A stretch of 63,984 nucleotides of DNA from Octopus bimaculoides (lineage: Eukaryota). Position 1 is the stretch's first letter, and the number at the start of each line of letters is the position of its first letter. The stretch lies in the NCBI RefSeq assembly GCF_001194135.2, contig NC_068981.1, forward strand, positions 104,975,303 through 105,039,286. Reading direction: 5' to 3'. The notes under the pieces are model-generated. The model saw only the letters and a program-made list of their open reading frames with translations, had not been told where the DNA came from and did not search any database. Below are positions 36,226-49,955 of the stretch, one piece after another. Position numbers and translations under genes: made by a program.

Positions 36226-37999
36226 ATTATTATATGCTTGCATAATTTATTCATTTCTCGTGTCAGAACACAACATTGGTTTATGTGCATTATCAAATAC
36301 AATAAGAGCAGCTCAGTATTCTGGTTGAACCGTTGGAAGAGAGGGGATAGGAGCGACTTCTGGATAGCTTTGTGACTGATGAAGTAAGGTAATGTAAAGT
36401 CAAGTTGAATGTAGCCGTATCAATGGGTTTCACATCTAAACACCCATGCATTGGAGAGAGTGGGCAGAGATTTTGTATTTTGCATTCTATTATTCATTGT
36501 TAACATTAAATCATTAGATATTCAAACACAAAATTTACCTATAGTGATATGGGTATGTATTCCACTGCAGAACAAAATAGAAAAAGCATGAAATTTTAAA
36601 GAAGTAATCGCGTTAGTGTGTTAACCGTGACCACCTGCCTGGTCGTAATCCTACTGATACGAAACGCTTATATCAATATCAGTGAGGTTACTGGATATGG
36701 CGAAGGGAGATAGGTGTTAATCTACTGTTCTACATCATCAATCATCATGCCTCAGCTCTAAGGATGTGAATATTCACTAACATGATAGTAATACCCTTGG
36801 AACATACTTCTCCCTCGGTTAAATCTTATGAACTTTTTGACAGGTAGTTTTGCAGTAAACGGTTTCACCGTGGGTTAATTTACAGTATTTATTTTCGGCA
36901 CAAAACCTTATAGGTAATAACTTCTGTTGTAAACAGGTTTGAAGTCAGGTATCTTTGACGTGATATTTTAAGTAACAACAAATTCATCAGTTATTTTTCT
37001 ATTTACAGTATAGTTCGCAGTCTCCTTGTTGGGAATGAAGAGTCTTGTTTATCAAATTAGAAAGAAAAGACAATGACAGTAATGTCGTAAGTTAACCCAT
37101 AACTTCTTTTAATTCTTCAATTAGCTCGTAGACTTCGTTACTTTTTTTGTCTCATGTAACAAAAATGGTAGATGTTTCTGATGAGGAGACAACAAACTCT
37201 GATGTAACTTCAAAATATCTCTGATCTTTCACTTGTTTCAGTCCTTGATATCGAAGATTGGCGTACCAAATTAAATACGAAATACTCTCAGGATCGAATA
37301 CTTATATCATAACCACTAGTCGTTACCCGGCGCCATACTGTCGAGTAACGACTTTCTCAAGATGAAATAAATCCTTCAGTATAAGCTTATTGCAATGATC
37401 ACATTGAATTATTAAACAGCAACACTAATCATCGAAATTTGGTTTGGAGAACAACGACATTGTAGTTAGAGCATGGTAGTTTGTCAAAGCCCATTTCTTG
37501 CCAAGTCATTGAAGGGCTTCAAATGAAATCAACAAGTTGATTAGACTAAGTCATCAGGACTTCAAAAATCTTATCAACGGCAGAACAAAAGTTGTCACCA
37601 ATATATTTATAGTTCAGTATTATTTACCAACTAGGATAATCAAAGCATAAAATACAGATTTACCTGAAGTATATCATAATAAATATTGCAACAAGCAAAG
37701 AAAATAGCGATGTGCTGTATCCGACATTGTAGATAATCCGCCAGGTTTGCATGTGTTCCTGAAATTAAAAATTGCTAATGTAATTTATAGAGAGAAATAA
37801 ATATCTACTAGCGTGGACAAAGTGTTTGTGTGAATCAGGTAATGTGATCGAGTTTAAAGCTTTCTATCTCAAATGTACTATTGGAGTTTTGCTGAATCTT
37901 ATGTGCTGAACATGCCGTGCCCATGCATCAGAAACGGGGACAAAATGTTTTAGAAGAGCTTACATCATCATCATCATCATCATCATCATTATCACCACC

Positions 38000-38290
38000 A
38001 CCACCACCATCATCAAGTCGAGGCCGAGAGGACAGCTAAGGCTATCATGACGTCCCGCCTTTCAGTAACAAAATAGTGTCGTCTACTTGCTATCCCTATT
38101 CATGAAGAGTATTCCTGGACGAAAGGTCAGTTTGTCGCAAGGTTAGCGCCTATCTGCTGGTACTCAGTTTTAGTTGTGTGAACTGGAGCAACGTGAAATG
38201 ACGTAACTTGCTCAAGGACTCAATGCACTACCCGATTCGGAAATCGACATACAACCATCGTAAGCCCAACATTATTACAAGGCCATCAGC
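38000..38290 (-). mobile_element. SINE family C
   Basis: AACTGGAGCAACGTGAAATG core on the plus strand. Confidence 0.75.
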
Positions 38291-38654
38291 CTTTACGTCT
38301 GACTCCTATCCAGGAGATTTGTATCCCGATGACGTGCCCCACGTCATCGGATATTAGTTTTATAAAAGCTTAAAGTAAAGAAGAGAACCTCTATGCGATT
38401 TCTCATCATGCTTGAAATAGCAATCAAACCTCCTACAAGCTCATCTGGCCATTTTAGTGGGGGAAAGAGAAGAATGCATTAGGAGAATGCCATTCTGAAT
38501 GTCTCTAAATCTGTGATTGTCACAAGTGGAATAACTCTGATGATAGGTCAGCACCATCTTGCTTGGTGTAAGGCAGTAACTCTGGCCTAAGGCTGTAACA
38601 ATAATAGTTTCGGGGATTTGTACAAGGGTTAATTCAAATATCAATTCTTACTAC

Positions 38655-38815
38655 ATAGGCATGGCTGTGTGGTAAGATTCCTAATTCCCAACCACATTGT
38701 TCCACGTTCAGTCCCATTGCATGGCACCTTGGGCAAGTGATATCTACTATAGCCTCGGGCCGACCAAAATCTTTTGAGTGGATTTAGTAGACGGAAACTG
38801 AAAAGAAGCCCGTCG

Positions 38816-38853
<38 letters not shown>

Positions 38854-39070
38854 GTGTCTTTGTTTGTCTCCACCACTACCGCTTGACAACCGATGTTGGT
38901 GTGCTTGTCCCTGTAAACTAGCGGTTCGGCAATATAGACCGATAGAATAAATACTGGGCTTACAAAGGATAAGTTCTGGGATGGAGTTGTTCGACAAAAA
39001 GCCTTTAAGGCAGTGCTCCAGCATGGCCGCAGTCAAATGACTGAAGCGTGTAAAAGAATGAAAGAATAAA
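38655..39070 (+). mobile_element. Full-length SINE family A
   Basis: tRNA-like head, internal (GT)n, tail ending AAAAGAAT.AAAGAAT. Confidence 0.92.
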
Positions 39071-39291
39071 TGACCGGAGTATAAGACAAACTCTGGCAAA
39101 AAACACAACCTTATTTTACAAGTATGTTTAGTGGAGAAAATAATTTTTTCATGTTTCGTCATGCATTTACTTAAAGATTTACTAAAGTAGTTTTGCTGGA
39201 GGAAAGGTATGATTCTGGGCAAGTAAATACAATACAGTGACAGTATTCTGGAATAAAATATGAAACTAAATATTTATCCTAAACTAAATTT

Positions 39292-39660
39292 AGGCGCAGG
39301 TGTGGCTGTGTGATAAGAAGCTTGCTTTTCAACCACAGGATTCTGGGCTCAGTGCCACTACGTAGCAACTTGGGCAAGTGTCTTCTACTATAGCCTTGGG
39401 TCGAGCAAAGTCTTGTGAGTGGATTTTGTAGAGGAAACTGAAAGAAGACTGTCGTGTGTGTGTGTGTGTGTATGTGTCTCTGTCTGTGTTTGCCCCCCCC
39501 CTCCCCATAACTTAGCGATTCGGCAAAAGAGTCCGGTAGAATAAGTACCAGGCTTTAAAAACAAGAACTGGAGTCGATACATTCGACTAAAATTTCTTCA
39601 GGGCGATGCCCCAGCATGACCACAGACTAAGGACTGGAACACGTAAATAATAAAAGATAG
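39292..39660 (+). mobile_element. SINE family A
   Basis: GGCGCAGGTGTGGCTGTGTGATAAGAAGCTTGC head through tail. Confidence 0.9.
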
Positions 39661-39974
39661 AAGATACGTTATGAGACTGCCGTATCTCAGGTTTATCTAG
39701 ATCAACTGTATAGATGTTTATGCTTTTGTCAAGAGAATTACCATACAGAATGTAAAACTCGTATTTCTGGTTGTGATGTTTTATGTATTCGCTATTGGCA
39801 ACCAGCGTGGTGCGCCACCGCTATGAATTTGTTATCATTCACTCATTGCAAACAGGTGGATCAAAGTTTGTTACCATTTCATTCATCTTTCTCGGAGAAT
39901 TTTTCATTTAGATATCGAAAAAATGTTCCTTAAATATAAACTGAATCATTAAATAATGTAAGATATATATTAGT

Positions 39975-40190
39975 TTCAAAATTTTGGTACAAGGCCAGCA
40001 ATTTCGAGGAAGGGGAGTAAGTCGATTAAATCGACCACCAGTGTTCTACTGGTACTTATTTATCGACTCCGAAAGCATGAAAGGCAAAATCAGCCTCAGC
40101 GGAGTTTAAACTCAAAACGTAAAGACGGACGAAAAGCTGCTAAGAATTTTTCTCCTGTGCTTTAAAGATTCTGCCAGTTCACCGCCCTAA
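39975..40190 (-). mobile_element. SINE family B
   Basis: Complete head-to-tail match on the minus strand. Confidence 0.88.
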
Positions 40191-40349
40191 GGTAAGAGGT
40201 ACATTAAATGTGGATTATATATTGTTGGGGAAGGAAGTATAATGAGATGATGTGACCTCGCCACACCACTGCCAACGAACAAACAATTTTTCGAAAGTTC
40301 ATTCTAACACACTGTTTACTTTGGTTTGTTTTCAATATTTAATTATTTG

Positions 40350-40580
40350 AAGGTGGTGAGCCAAATGCTTACTCTTCAACTCTTTTATTTGCTTCCGTCA
40401 TTTGAATGCGGCCATGCTGGTGCACCACCTGTAGTCGAACAAATCGACCCCAGGACTTATTCTTTGTAAGCCTAGTACTTATTTTATCGGTAACTTTTGC
40501 CGAACTGCTAAGTTACGGGGACGTAAACACACCAACATCGGCTGTCAAGCCATGGTGTGGGGACAAACACTGACACACAG

Positions 40581-40616
<36 letters not shown>

Positions 40617-41625
40617 NNNNNNNNNNNNNNNNNNNNNNNNNNNNNNNNNNNNNNNNNNNNNNNNNNNNNNNNNNNNNNNNNNNNNNNNNNNNNNNNNNNN
40701 NNNNNNNNNNNNNNNNNNNNNNNNNNNNNNNNNNNNNNNNNNNNNNNNNNNNNNNNNNNNNNNNNNNNNNNNNNNNNNNNNNNNNNNNNNNNNNNNNNNN
40801 NNNNNNNNNNNNNNNNNNNNNNNNNNNNNNNNNNNNNNNNNNNNNNNNNNNNNNNNNNNNNNNNNNNNNNNNNNNNNNNNNNNNNNNNNNNNNNNNNNNN
40901 NNNNNNNNNNNNNNNNNNNNNNNNNNNNNNNNNNNNNNNNNNNNNNNNNNNNNNNNNNNNNNNNNNNNNNNNNNNNNNNNNNNNNNNNNNNNNNNNNNNN
41001 NNNNNNNNNNNNNNNNNNNNNNNNNNNNNNNNNNNNNNNNNNNNNNNNNNNNNNNNNNNNNNNNNNNNNNNNNNNNNNNNNNNNNNNNNNNNNNNNNNNN
41101 NNNNNNNNNNNNNNNNNNNNNNNNNNNNNNNNNNNNNNNNNNNNNNNNNNNNNNNNNNNNNNNNNNNNNNNNNNNNNNNNNNNNNNNNNNNNNNNNNNNN
41201 NNNNNNNNNNNNNNNNNNNNNNNNNNNNNNNNNNNNNNNNNNNNNNNNNNNNNNNNNNNNNNNNNNNNNNNNNNNNNNNNNNNNNNNNNNNNNNNNNNNN
41301 NNNNNNNNNNNNNNNNNNNNNNNNNNATATACGACGGGCTTCTTTCAGTTTCCGTCTACCAAATCCACTCACAAGGCTTTGGTCGGCCCGTGGCTATAGT
41401 AGAAGACACTTGCCCAAGGCGCCACGCAGTGGAACTGAACCCGGAACCATGTGGTTGAGAGGCAAGCTTCTTACCACACAGCCACTCCCGCGCCTAGCGG
41501 CATTTCTTCCGTGTACACGTTCTGAGTTCAAATTCCACCAAGATTGGCTTTTCTTTTCATCCTTTCGAAGTTGATGTAATTGACTAAGCTCCTCCTCCAA
41601 ACCTGCTGGCCTTGTGTCAAAACTT
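40350..41625. mobile_element. SINE family A (-, spanning a gap) nested in SINE family B (+)
   Basis: B head GGTGGTGAGCCAAATGCTTA at ~40352-40371 resumes as TAGCGGCATTTC at ~41494. Confidence 0.75.
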
Positions 41626-42149
41626 TTAGCTATTTGTATCAATTATTGTTATCAAACGGGCTTATGTCCATCCCACTCTTTAGCCTACAACATTCCGTCT
41701 CCCATTTGCAACAGGGCCGCATTAGACGCATGGCAATTTCTTTGATACATTTAAAAATGCAAACACAATGTGTCTTATACGCCAGCAAAAACCGTAATCT
41801 AATTTAAGATTAGAAATGCAGAAAAGGTTTTTTCTGTCTTGCATTTGAATGATGTCGTAGAGAAGGCAGAAAACTGGTTCGCGGTATCTGAATCGAGTTC
41901 ATGCTGGAACAATTCTTTCAGTCTGGAATTTGGTCAGAATGTTCACGTGCCATACATCGTTCAATACTTTGTTATTTTTTTAGTGCAACAGCTTTGCTTT
42001 TGCCCTACTTATCTAGGGAGTATCTATTTGCAACATAGTAATGTCAATGTTTTTGGAATCGCGTAAAGAATGTCAAGACGAATGTATGGAAAAGTAAAGC
42101 GTTCTAATTTTAGGAATAATGTTTGTGTTTGTGTGGAGAGGGAGAAAGA

Positions 42150-42193
<44 letters not shown>

Positions 42194-42649
42194 NNNNNNN
42201 NNNNNNNNNNNNNNNNNNNNNNNNNNNNNNNNNNNNNNNNNNNNNNNNNNNNNNNNNNNNNNNNNNNNNNNNNNNNNNNNNNNNNNNNNNNNNNNNNNNN
42301 NNNNNNNNNNNNNNNNNNNNNNNNNNNNNNNNNNNNNNNNNNNNNNNNNNNNNNNNNNNNNNNNNNNNNNNNNNNNNNNNNNNNNNNNNNNNNNNNNNNN
42401 NNNNNNNNNNNNNNNNNNNNNNNNNNNNNNNNNNNNNNNNNNNNNNNNNNNNNNNNNNNNNNNNNNNNNNNNNNNNNNNNNNNNNNNNNNNNNNNNNNNN
42501 NNNNNNNNNNNNNNNNNNNNNNNNNNNNNNNNNNNNNNNNNNNNNNNNNNNNNNNNNNNNNNNNNNNNNNNNNNNNNNNNNNNNNNNNNNNNNNNNNNNN
42601 NNNNNNNNNNNNNNNNNNNNNNNNNNNNNNATATATATATATATATATA

Positions 42650-42790
42650 TATACGACAGGCTTCTTTGTTTCCGTCTACCAAAACTACTCACAAGGATTT
42701 GATCGGCCCGAGGCTACAGTAGAAGATGCCATGCAGTGGGACTGAACCCGGAACCATGTGGTTGGGAAGCAGTTTTCTTACCATACAGCC
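42650..42790 (-). mobile_element. SINE family A head
   Basis: GGCTGTATGGTAAG...GGTTCCGGGTTCAGTCCCACTGC. Confidence 0.85.
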
Positions 42791-42852
42791 TCCCCCTTTT
42801 TATTTTTAATCGAAATTTACAAAAAATTTCTATTTCTCATATTGAAACAAGC

Positions 42853-42889
<37 letters not shown>

Positions 42890-42972
42890 CTCTCACACGT
42901 ACTCATACAAACACACACACACACGTACACACACGCAGACACGCACACAAGTGCGTAAAGATGTTTGTGTGC

Positions 42973-43022
<50 letters not shown>

Positions 43023-43687
43023 CAGACAGACAGAGAGAGTTACTATATATATGCTTTTGTGAGTATATATATATATGTATATGTATGTATGCACGCATGT
43101 ATGTATGCATGTATGTATGTATGTATGCATGTAGGCATGTGTGTATGCATGTATGTATAAAAGTACCCGCGCATAACACAGGCATTTTGTAGGGACAGAA
43201 TGACTGGGAAAGAAACACATACACACAGTGATTTTAATGTTTTGTGTTTGTGCTTACGTGTGTGCGTATATGTGTGTATGAATGAGTGTGTTGTATATGC
43301 GGGTGTGTGCGTATGCGTATGTGTGTATGCATGTGTGTGTGTGTTTATGTTTGTTCGCTTGTGTCCGAATGAGTGGGTGTCGGTGCGTGTGCATGCGTGT
43401 GTGCTTAAATATTTATTTGTATTTGCACTAAGATGCACTGGGCGTGTATATTTTTGAGTATATAAAATAAGACCTCACCCTTACAAACGTAGGCACCTCT
43501 CCACTTCTGTCGAAGCATTCAGAAAAGTTCGTCCAACCTTTTGTGATGTTGCCATCGGATCCATCTCTCGGGCTCCAATTTCCATTGAGTAAACAAAGTC
43601 TTGTAGCAAATCCTAAATGACAAGACTTCAGTTAAATACAAATATTGCGAATATAAATAAACAGAAATTGAGAGAGATATATATTTA

Positions 43688-43720
<33 letters not shown>

Positions 43721-43731
43721 TCATACATATG

Positions 43732-43804
<73 letters not shown>

Positions 43805-43855
43805 AGTATATATATTTTCACTCGTGCGGTACCTTGCAAGTTTACTTTGTTATAA

Positions 43856-43887
<32 letters not shown>

Positions 43888-43960
43888 GAGCGAACTTTAG
43901 GTTGGTTAAAATATGTTTGTGACAAACATATTTTAACTCACACAAAGTTCGCTTATGCCT

Positions 43961-44520
43961 AAACCCGGAGTTACATTGCTGGGAACCAAACTTCTTACCA
44001 CACAGCCAAATGAAAACGACCTAAGGGTAGCAAGTGGCATGCATTTAAATAACGAAGACGAACGAGGGTTTATACACACGTACACACATACATCTGATTT
44101 GCTTAAAAGCCTAGAAATGCTCGTAGTCTCCAAGACAGAGCATAGCAAACAACTGCTTCGCATTCTCCAAATACACTCAATTATAGATACAATGAAAATT
44201 TGTAAAACATTTCAAAGTTTTTCCATTTTACTTTCCTGGAATGAACAAGTGCTCACCATGGCATGTGTATATGGCAAACGCTCATACACGCAAACAGTAA
44301 TGGCGACGTGCACACCCATTCTAGACTATGAGTGCAATTTTGTTTTATGCATGCACCTACTACATGCATACAATAACTCATTCACAAATCCAAGGAATTA
44401 TCATGTTTCAAACAAAAGAGCCTTGTCATTTTGAGAGCCACCGGCGCGAAGGGAAGACGTGAATTAAACCTTATAAAATACCTGCATCCATACACACACA
44501 AGCACACACGTGTGCGCGCG
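43961..44520. repeat. Left arm of a ~560-600-bp inverted duplication; partner at 47570-48153
   Basis: Reverse complement aligns throughout with scattered substitutions and one ~23-bp indel. Confidence 0.93.
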
Positions 44521-44691
44521 TTTATGCACACGCACATACAGATATTCATACATAAGTACATTCATGCACTCAAATACACATGTAGAAAATGATAGAGAAA
44601 TATATGCATATATGCATACATGCCTATACAGGCATAAGTCTGTCTTTCTCTCCACACACGCACATGTACAGAGACAGGTGTGTGTGTTGGT

Positions 44692-44727
<36 letters not shown>

Positions 44728-44838
44728 GTGTGTGTGTGCGTGTGTGTGTGTGTATGTATGGCGAGTAAGAGAGCAGTGTACATAGATATACAGACATATC
44801 ATTTAAATAAATAGAATACGTATAATTTTTTTATGCTT

Positions 44839-44875
<37 letters not shown>

Positions 44876-44929
44876 TTATTCATATCGGTCATAACGTTTC
44901 CAAGAGCAGACATTAACGAGTCCTTAGTA

Positions 44930-45400
44930 CTGTAGGCATTCTTCTTGCTCCCACTCTCAACAGTACCCCGCACATGTTTTAGTACAGAGAGTATAAACCA
45001 AGAGAGCTAGGTGGCCAAATGTCAAGGGTAGTATGATCATGAAACTTTTCAGCCACTCACTCCTAGTAGGCAGTGTGTGAGGGAGCATAATCTGGCTGGA
45101 ACATGTACGGCCTAAATCGAGCAACTTTCTCGATCTGGGTTTCACAACCGTCTCTGTCTCCATTTACTCGATGTAGACTACCGCAGTGACCCTAGGACCT
45201 CGTAGGGAAAAAGTAAGGAAATGGCCTTCATTGCACACGACATCCAAGACCACCATAGATTATGGAAACTTGATGTACATAACAGTGAGGTCTCTAGTGG
45301 GGCTGATGCAGAGTCATCTGTCATTCCTCCTGTTCACTTTTTAATCTTGGGCAAAGTTCTTATCATCTGAGAAGAACCAGGGCATGTTGGGTTCCTCACG
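44930..45400 (-). mobile_element. Decayed maT/DD37D-like Tc1-mariner transposase fragment
   Basis: RPYMFQPDYAPSHT...FHDHTTLDIWPPSS...MCGV. Confidence 0.75.
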
Positions 45401-47569
45401 GTATGTCTCTTTTTATATGTGACTAAATGTTTTTGCATTGAGTGTAATGTATATTTAACCAGTTACAAATTATTTGAGTTATGTTTTTAAATAAAGAAAA
45501 TAAAGGAGGAAGAGGCGTTTAAATATAAGCAAAGGTGACAGAAGTTTATATGGTTGACTGTTATTGGCCAAAATGTAATATGAAGGTCACTGTACAATTA
45601 TAAAAAAAATTCTCAAAAGGTGATTGGCCTTGTACCAGCAATTTACTTTGGAGAACTTTCACATAAAGCTTTAATAAAGAATGATTGTGGGAGTAAAATA
45701 AATTTCACTGATATTTTGGTGGAGGCTAGTAGTTGTCAGTTTAAGCATCTCTGAACTTATCGTGGACTTGATATACCCATTGACAAGGATATATCAGACT
45801 GGTTATTTCTGCAAGTTTTGCATAATGGTAGACTGAATATGTTCTGGGGAAAAAACTGTACAATGTATCGACTCACTGAATAACGCTCAGCAAGTTAACG
45901 TCGTTCACAACAACCACTGATCAATCTTTATAGAATGCGAACATCTCTATCCAAACGATTCCTATATTCAATCCGTTGAGTCGATTCGGACGCCTGTCAA
46001 CCAGCGAAAAAATTCCTGATGCCAATTCTTGTTCTCTGCTATATGTACCACTTATGCTATATAAAGAATACGACCTTTAAGAACGAATTCCACGTAGACT
46101 CTCTTTTGAGAGACGTCAGCTGATTGCTCCCAATGTATGCCTATGCATCAGTAACTAACTAAAACAGGATCTGCCAAGATCTCTGCAGAGGGGCTGCTAA
46201 CAACAGATAAATTTACTGACCAATAAATAATAACTCTCCCAACCACAAGGGAAGAATTTGTTCAAATTTTAGGGATAACTCTATTGCCTTTTCGCCCATA
46301 TTAATCATTTAGCTAATTAATTATCTTTTTACTATGGGTGTAACTTAAATTAATTAAAATTCCTTGGTGCACTGCTTTAAATATGTTAGCATGCACTTTA
46401 CAATATCCTTTTCATGTAGCAGGCACCTCCCAGCATTCCCTCAGTAATTCTCTTCATATCAAACAGGCTTGGTAACTTTTGTTAGCAAAAAAAAAAGAGT
46501 TAATTAATTTGCATATGGATGAAAAAATAAATGAGTGTATTTATGAAGAAAAGGATGGATCGATGGATTAATGGATAACTAATTAAACAATTAATATATA
46601 TGCCCATAAGAATTAGCAGGTATTAGAGAAATTAATATAAGCAACTTACTCTTATCCGTGAACTTGTGGATGTACGTGGGACAGCGTTGCCTGGCTAGGC
46701 TCCCGGCACTTGTGTAATTCCAGCATAGAACATTGTCGAAGGTAATGTTACAGAATATACCTACGTTGATAATGATAATGAGTATAATAAGGAGGATTCT
46801 GATAATTCTAAGACAAAATATAACAGTGTGTATGTATGTATGTATCTATGTATATTATATATATATATATATATATATATNNNNNNNNNNNNNNNNNNNN
46901 NNNNNNNNNNNNNNNNNNNNNNNNNNNNNNNNNNNNNNNNNNNNNNNNNNNNNNNNNNNNNNNNNNNNNNNNNNNNNNNNNNNNNNNNNNNNNNNNNNNN
47001 NNNNNNNNNNNNNNNNNNNNNNNNNNNNNNNNNNNNNNNNNNNNNNNNNNNNNNNNNNNNNNNNNNNNNNNNNNNNNNNNNNNNNNNNNNNNNNNNNNNN
47101 NNNNNNNNNNNNNNNNNNNNNNNNNNNNNNNNNNNNNNNNNNNNNNNNNNNNNNNNNNNNNNNNNNNNNNNNNNNNNNNNNNNNNNNNNNNNNNNNNNNN
47201 NNNNNNNNNNNNNNNNNNNNNNNNNNNNNNNNNNNNNNNNNNNNNNNNNNNNNNNNNNNNNNNNNNNNNNNNNNNNNNNNNNNNNNNNNNNNNNNNNNNN
47301 NNNNNNATATATATATATATATATACAGTAATAACTATAATAATATATTATAATAATATATATTCTCCGATTTAAAGCGACAAACACATTGACTGGTTTG
47401 CTTATGTATGTATACATGTATATATTTATATATTATTTATATTATATATATATATGCACGCATATACGTATTTGTATTCATAGCTATATGTTTCTATCTC
47501 TTTCTATATATGCGTGTGTGTGTGTGTCTATGTGTGTTTGTATGTACATAAGTATGAATAACTGCACGT

Positions 47570-48153
47570 GCGCACACGTGTGTGCTTGCGTGTGTATGGA
47601 TGCAGGTATTTTTTTATGGTTTAATTCATTTCTTTCCTTCGCGCCGGTGGCTCTCAAATTGACAAGGCTCTTTTGTTTGAAACATGACAATTCCTGGGAT
47701 TTGTGAATGAGTTATTGTATGCATGTACTAGGTGCATGCATAAAGCAAACTTGTACTCCTGGTCTAGAATGGGTGTGCACGTCGCTTTTGTACATAAGTG
47801 TATATTTCATTACTGTTTGCATGTATGAGCGTATACCATATACACATGCCATAGTGGGCATTTGTTCATTCCCGGAAAGTAAAATGGAGAACCTTTCAAA
47901 TGTTTTACAAATTTTCATTGTATCTCTAATTGAGTGTATTTGGAGAATACGAAGCAGTTGTTTGCTTTGTTCTGTCTTGGAGACTACGAGCATTTCTAGG
48001 CTTTTAAACAAATCAGATGTGTGTACGTATGTGCGTGTGTATACATCCTCGTTCGTCTTTGTTCTTTAAATGCATGCCACTTGTTACTCTCAACTCATTT
48101 TCATTTGGCTGTGTGGTAAGAAGTTTGCTTCCCAACTACATAATTCCGGGTTT
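47570..48153. repeat. Right arm of the inverted duplication with 43961-44520
   Basis: See left arm. Confidence 0.93.
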
Positions 48154-48203
48154 TGTGGCTCGTGAAACCCATAGCATAAGTAAGTTCAGGTTCTGACAGG
48201 TCA

Positions 48204-48239
<36 letters not shown>

Positions 48240-48364
48240 TCCCACTTCATAGTTGTTCAGTTTTTCTTCTCCTTTCTCTATGATCCTGTTGTCACCAGGA
48301 CATGCTATATCGTTTATCAAGCATGTTTTATCTTTTTTTTTCACCGCAACAGTGCAGGTTTCCG

Positions 48365-48422
48365 ATGTCTAATCTGATGTCTAATCTGATGTCTAATCTG
48401 AAGTCTAATCTGATGTCTAATC
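48365..48422. repeat. 12-bp tandem repeat (TCTAATCTGATG), about 5 copies
   Basis: Direct reading. Confidence 0.9.
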
Positions 48423-48629
48423 TGGCTCAAAATGGTTGGTACAAATGTAAAGATAGAACACCTACAAAAATCATCATTGCTTGGAAACTGCAAGAGTTTT
48501 CTACATGATTCTTGAGACACGATTAGTGAATAAGTGTCACCTTAGTCTGAAAACTGTGGGCAGCTGACATTATTCATCATATCCAAAAAAATAAGCTGAT
48601 AGCTTTCATCAAAATAATAATTATTATTA

Positions 48630-49570
48630 TAGAAATAAGAGGGGAAACTGAGGAGTACATCAAAAGTGTAAGGAAGTTAATGAAGTCAAAGCTAAATGGT
48701 CCAAATCTAGTGAAAGTTGTAAATACTTGGCCAGAATTGTTACTTAGGTATTCACCAGCTTTTGTAGATTGCACAAAATCTAAATTAGCAAATCTAGACA
48801 GAACTAGGAAGGAATTCAACACGAATGGATGGCTCCATCGTAGAGTAGGAGTAGCAAGGTTATATTTACATAAAAAGGAAGGTAGTAGTTGTTTAATATC
48901 AGTGGAAGGTTGTATGGAGTTAGCTAGAGTATATACAGCCTCCTATGTAGGTAATAGTGAAGAAATTTTATGAGGAGCTGCTAGTGTAACAGTAGGATAT
49001 ATGGAAACCAAGTTTCCAAAAGTAGGGGAAAACTAGAAAAAAGAAGCAAGATTATCTGAGTAGCAATGGAAGTCTTTGCAAAGTAGATTTCCAGAGAAAA
49101 TGTCAGAAAATATCAATTGTGAGATATGATTATGGTTACAGAAAAGGAGCCTGAAAAGGAGACAGAAAGTTTGTTAGCAGCATAAGATCAGGCATTGAGG
49201 ACTAGACAAAAATCAGATAATTTCCCAATATAGGTTATGTAAATAAAAAGAGGAAAGTGTAACTCATATTGTGTGTGAATGTGGTATGCTGGTACATAAG
49301 AAATACAAGAAAAAACACGACAACCTAGAGAGAATAACCCATTGGGAGTTATGTAGAAAGCTAGGATTTGACTATACTGACAAGTAGTTTGAATATGAAG
49401 TAGTTATAAGTGCATTAGGAATTATTCTTAAAGACTTGATCAGATGGATAAAGGAAATAAGTATAAAACCTACTTTAGTGCAGCTCCAGTAAACAGCATT
49501 ATTAGGGACAGCTAGGATACTTAGGAAGGTTCTTGGCATCTAAATTTACTTGTTGTAGCCTGGTGTCAGA
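48630..49570 (+). mobile_element. Decayed R4/Dong-type LINE (RT thumb, zinc knuckle, C-terminus)
   Basis: KSKLNGPNLVKVVNTW..LLRYS; ARLYLHKKEG..LISVE; EESVTHIVCEC..KKHD; LGTARILRKVLGI*. Confidence 0.85.
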
Positions 49571-49589
49571 TATTGAAGTGATAGCAGAG

Positions 49590-49955
49590 TATCATGAGAT
49601 GAAATGTGCTCGAGAACGCAACGCATCACCCGGTCAGGGAATTGAAATCACGATCGCTAGATCGTGTGCGCAACACCCTAACCACTAATAACAATAATCC
49701 TTTCTACTATAGGCACAAGGCCTGAAATTTGTGGGGAAGGGGTAAGTCGTTCACATCGACCCCAGTACTTGAATGGTACTTAATTTATCGAATCCGAAAT
49801 GATGAAAGGCAAAGTCAACCTTGGCTAAGCATTTCGTCCAGCGTGCAAACGATCTGCCGGCTCACCGTCCTCTGTGGTTTCAAATTTTGATACGTGACTT
49901 GAGAGAGGGTACGTTAATCACATCAACACCAGTACTTAACTGATACTTATTTTAT
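49590..49955 (-). mobile_element. SINE family C head followed by SINE family B copies
   Basis: GGGTGTTGCGCACACGATCTAGCGATCGTGATTTCAATTCC; GGTTGACTTTGCCTTTCATC. Confidence 0.8.

Noticed and set aside
37318-37353. 9-bp inverted repeat AGTCGTTAC...GTAACGACT
   Set aside because: Overlaps a decayed tRNA-like SINE head and has no independent support.
43955-44434. 159-aa ORF also open in the inverted copy (47712-48011)
   Set aside because: Starts inside a SINE head, differences between copies look largely non-synonymous, and no domain is recognisable.
45180-45416. Plus-strand exon-like segment ending CACG|GTATGT
   Set aside because: The opposite strand is explained as maT transposase.
46040-46130. 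TATA plus CRE/E-box cluster as a promoter
   Set aside because: Short motifs are expected by chance in AT-rich DNA and there is no linked exon.
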